Of a DNA stretch of 64,000 nt, positions 60,939-64,000 are shown piece by piece. Within the stretch, counting starts at the first letter, position 1, and each line of letters opens with the position of its first letter. Where the stretch lies: positions 3,168,001 through 3,232,000 of the forward strand of contig OY771506.1 in assembly GCA_963674705.1 (NCBI GenBank). Direction: 5' to 3'. This stretch comes from Phycisphaeraceae bacterium. Lineage in GTDB: Bacteria; Planctomycetota; Phycisphaerae; Phycisphaerales; Phycisphaeraceae. The translations under genes were made by a program, and so were the position numbers. The notes under the pieces were generated by a model that saw only the letters and a list, made by a program, of their open reading frames with translations, searched no databases and had not been told where the DNA came from.

Positions 60939-62004
60939 ACTCATCCTTCCGCATCACCGCTACGACGTCCGCATCGAGCCGGGCTTGTTATCTGAGCTTG
61001 GTAGGCTTGTCCATGACCTGGCTCCGCATCATCGGGCAGCGTTGATTGTGGACGACAAGATCACGGATACGCATGGCAAGAAGGCAAAGACGTCATTGAT
61101 CGTTGCCGGCTACAACCCGCTTTTCACGACCATGCACGCGGGGGAAGACCACAAGAATCTTGCTACGGTCGAGAAGCTGTATCACGAGCTTCTAAATGAA
61201 AGGCTCGAACGCAAGAGCCCGGTGATTACCGTCGGCGGGGGGATCGTCGGGGATACCGGCGGATTCGTCGCCGCCACTTATCTGCGTGGTGTTCCGTTCG
61301 TGCAATGCCCGACCACACTGCTTGCCATGGTCGATGCGTCTGTCGGCGGAAAAGTTGGTGTGAATATGCCGCAGGGTAAGAACCTCATCGGCGCGTTCCA
61401 CCAGCCGGTGCTTGTCATCATCGACACGGACACACTAAAAACGCTCAATAAACGCGACTTCATCTGTGGCCTTGCCGAGTGCGTGAAACACGGCGTAATC
61501 CGTGACCCAGTTCTCTTTGATTGGATCGATCAGAATGCGGAATTGATCCTTTCACTGGATTCCGATTGCCTGGTTGAGCTGGTCGAGCGGAACGTACGGA
61601 TCAAGGCGGCTGTCGTGATGGAAGATGAAAAGGAAGCGGGTGTACGCGCTCACCTGAACTTCGGCCACACCTTTGCCCATGCGATTGAAGCCGGGACGGA
61701 ATACGGTAAATACCTGCACGGTGAGGCTGTATCTCTAGGCATGGTCGCGGCCGCGAAGCTTGCCGCGGATACCGGTCGATGCGATATCGTAGAACCGCTG
61801 GTTACGCTGCTGGACAAACTCGGCCTGCCGACCAAAGCATCCGACCTGCCCGCAACAGACAAACTCATGTCCATCATGCGTAGCGACAAGAAGGTGGCGG
61901 ACGGGAAGGTACGGCTGGTCCTGCCGAATTCACTCGGTACGGTATCGATCGTTACTGATACACCCGATGAAGTGGTCACCGCAGCTTGGGAGTCTTTGCG
62001 CTGA
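60925..62004 (+). CDS. aroB: 3-dehydroquinate synthase
   Basis: GGGIVGD, PTTLLAMVDASVGGK, KNLIGAFHQP, LNFGHT, HGEAV. Confidence 0.97.
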   Translation: MATVELILPHHRYDVRIEPGLLSELGRLVHDLAPHHRAALIVDDKITDTHGKKAKTSLIVAGYNPLFTTMHAGEDHKNLATVEKLYHELLNERLERKSPVITVGGGIVGDTGGFVAATYLRGVPFVQCPTTLLAMVDASVGGKVGVNMPQGKNLIGAFHQPVLVIIDTDTLKTLNKRDFICGLAECVKHGVIRDPVLFDWIDQNAELILSLDSDCLVELVERNVRIKAAVVMEDEKEAGVRAHLNFGHTFAHAIEAGTEYGKYLHGEAVSLGMVAAAKLAADTGRCDIVEPLVTLLDKLGLPTKASDLPATDKLMSIMRSDKKVADGKVRLVLPNSLGTVSIVTDTPDEVVTAAWESLR

Positions 62005-62019
62005 GAGTGCATGGCACTG

Positions 62020-62051
62020 AAAAAGTCCACGAAGATATCTCCGTGGACTTT
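62020..62051. terminator. probable bidirectional terminator
   Basis: AAAAAGTCCACG...CGTGGACTTT between convergent genes. Confidence 0.75.
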
Positions 62052-62082
62052 CGCGCTGCATTACTCAGCGGACTAAGTTGGT

Positions 62083-62457
62083 TTATTTGATTAACCGCAG
62101 GGTTATTGGATAGCGGTATGTCTGGCCTTCATTTGCTTTCATGCAGGCCATGATCGACAGGATCAAAGCGCCGACCCATGCCGCCAGGGCAACGAAAATG
62201 GGGATCACAAAGCACGAAGTCGCAGCGCATACCACGTAAATGATCAATAACGTGATCTGGAAGTTCAATGCTTCTTTGCCTTGGTCATCTACGAATGGCT
62301 CTTCATCCTTTTTGATCAGCCATATGATCAGGGGCCCCAGGAATCCGAGTAGAATTCCGAGCAGATGAGCCAACATCGCCATGGTTTTGGCATCTTTGGA
62401 TAACGAACTGCTGTCAAAAGAGGTGGATGGTTCGTTTGGGGTTTGTTCTTCGTTCAT
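62083..62457 (-). CDS. DUF4870 membrane protein
   Basis: AMLAHL, GPLIIWL, QGKEALNFQI, YRYP. Confidence 0.9.
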   Translation of the reverse strand: MNEEQTPNEPSTSFDSSSLSKDAKTMAMLAHLLGILLGFLGPLIIWLIKKDEEPFVDDQGKEALNFQITLLIIYVVCAATSCFVIPIFVALAAWVGALILSIMACMKANEGQTYRYPITLRLIK

Positions 62458-62599
62458 GGGTAGTTCCTTAGAAGTCGGATGCTCAACAAGACTTGGTTAT
62501 CGGACAGTTTACCAGCTTAACTCCAGTATTGTGAAGCGCCTGCCGTGGCTGGGTATTGTATTTGTGGGCCGTACAGACTGCAGGCCCTATAATCTGCAT

Positions 62600-63067
62600 A
62601 TGCGAGCCGCCCGCCGACATGACCTGTCACCACGAGTCGAGATCATGCCCCTGATCGACGTGGTGTTTGTGTTGCTGACGTTCTACATCTATGCCATGGT
62701 CCTGATGGTACACGCCGAGATCCTGCCGGTGCAGTTACAGACGCTCTCGACCGGCCGATCCGCGGAGCCCGCCTCGATCCTGGCGATCACGGTCGACGTC
62801 CGCGGCGGGTTGTATCTCAACCGGGCGCCGGTGACGACGGATCAACTGGATGAGCGGTTAAACGAGATCGCGGAGCTTGAAAATCCGCCCAAGCTGTTCC
62901 TGGCTCTGGAAGACAATCCGCCGGTTGTGGACACATCATCTGAATCGGAGTCGGTTGCAGGTTCGCCGACAGTCGATCGCGGGCCGTTACTGATTTCGCT
63001 CATTGAACGTGTCAGACGTGCAGGGCTGGAAGACTTCAACATCGTCGGGGAGAAAGCAGGGCGGTAG
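62600..63067 (+). CDS. ExbD/TolR family protein
   Basis: IMPLIDVVFVLL motif; TATAAT 6 nt before the ATG. Confidence 0.88.
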   Translation: MRAARRHDLSPRVEIMPLIDVVFVLLTFYIYAMVLMVHAEILPVQLQTLSTGRSAEPASILAITVDVRGGLYLNRAPVTTDQLDERLNEIAELENPPKLFLALEDNPPVVDTSSESESVAGSPTVDRGPLLISLIERVRRAGLEDFNIVGEKAGR

Positions 63068-63116
63068 GGGGGAAAGCAGAAAATGCAGAAAACGCAGAAA
63101 AGCAGAAAATAAAATT

Positions 63117-63193
63117 CCTACACCCTACACCCTACACCCTACACCCTACACCCTACACCCTACACCCTACACCCTACACCCTACACCCTACAC
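63117..63193 (+). repeat. perfect heptamer tandem array (CCTACAC)x11
   Basis: Counted directly; preceded by four GCAGAAAA-like units (63075-63109). Confidence 0.95.
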
Positions 63194-63201
63194 CCTTTCC
63201 C

Positions 63202-64000
63202 ATGCTCGACCGTGAAACCATCCCGCCGCTGATTCTCGGGGCTGTGGTTGCGTTGTGCTTACATATTGCGATGGTACCGGTGTTGGGTTGGGGTATCACC
63301 AGCATCCCGAACCTGCCGGATTGGACGCCGCCGCTGGAAGAGAAGAACGTGGCTGAGCCGCAGGAGGCGGACGTCGGCAAGGCGCATGCATCGATAACCA
63401 ACATTGCCTGGATTTCTTACGACGATTACCAGGAGTTGTTAGCCAAGCACTCGATCGTTGAGCAGCCTGCGCTTCAGCGTCAGCAGGACCCTGTGCCGGA
63501 TGCACCGATCGAACTGGACCCGACGCCGCCTGCACCGGTCAGCCCTACGCCTTCGCAACCCGATGAAGATGAAACGCGGCCTGATGCGGTGACGGTTCCC
63601 GTCAGTCCGGTGGGGCCGGTGCCATTGCCTTCACCTGAAGAAGAGGGGCAGATCCCTCACGCCCCCGACGGGCTGATGCCACGCGATGCCGAGGTCGTCA
63701 TGCCGGACTCGGCTGAGCCGCAGCAGGCGGAGGATCGGCCCAAGGAAGACAAGACCGAACAACCGGGCCAACCCGGCAAGCCCGCCAAGCCGACGTCTGC
63801 GCCGCGTGATGCGGGTGAATCCCCGCCGGTTACCATCATCCCAGGCATCGTGGAGGTCAAACCCGGTACGGTGCTTACCGCTGACGGTATCGAGATCAAA
63901 ACAGTCATTCCACGCCCCTCGGTAATCGCCATATACAGCACCGTACCCAAGAATCCCGAGGCGGAGCTATGGTTCAACAAGGAGGGGCGTATCACGAAGG
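63202..64000 (+). CDS. TonB-like energy transducer; partial, runs off the right edge
   Basis: Manual translation MLDRETIPPLILGAVVALCLHIAMV (TM with His), long Pro/acidic linker, open to the window end; follows exbD. Confidence 0.65.
   Translation, partial: MLDRETIPPLILGAVVALCLHIAMVPVLGWGITSIPNLPDWTPPLEEKNVAEPQEADVGKAHASITNIAWISYDDYQELLAKHSIVEQPALQRQQDPVPDAPIELDPTPPAPVSPTPSQPDEDETRPDAVTVPVSPVGPVPLPSPEEEGQIPHAPDGLMPRDAEVVMPDSAEPQQAEDRPKEDKTEQPGQPGKPAKPTSAPRDAGESPPVTIIPGIVEVKPGTVLTADGIEIKTVIPRPSVIAIYSTVPKNPEAELWFNKEGRITK

Noticed and set aside
63117..63193. CRISPR array
   Set aside because: Contiguous 7-bp tandem repeat with no spacers; no cas genes

Overview
A GC-rich bacterial chromosomal window of mostly housekeeping and envelope genes. 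Gene content (PEP-CTERM protein, TM + CxxCGYxLxG..CPECG zinc-ribbon paralogs, REP types) suggests Planctomycetota, probably Phycisphaerae; this is an inference. It holds a phoH/7TM-HD pair, an exopolysaccharide export operon (priming GT, Wza, Wzz-like, ExeA-like ATPase, BY-kinase), tandem SLC13 permeases split by a nested MITE/REP/IS, aroK, hemA/siroheme dehydrogenase, rarA, a LysM L,D-transpeptidase, bioD, tatD, a PadR unit, a CapD-like dehydratase, ppa, rph, a second glycan-modification cluster, pyrC, guaA, aroB and exbD/tonB-like genes. No rRNA, tRNA or CRISPR was seen. The most notable signals are non-coding. (1) A stand-alone, heavily structured ~280-nt RNA candidate with its own promoter and terminator (28390-28672) that I cannot assign to a family. 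(2) Three independent duplications of the 3' tails of aroK, tatD and the capD-like gene, each bracketing hairpin/repeat DNA and followed by accessory genes, with no integrase in view. (3) An IS inserted precisely into a REP palindrome inside a TA-ended MITE. (4) A second small RNA candidate, a divergent pair of unknown paralogous small proteins, many leaderless-type starts and a group of proteins ending in Ala-Ala. All calls are by eye; no searches were run.
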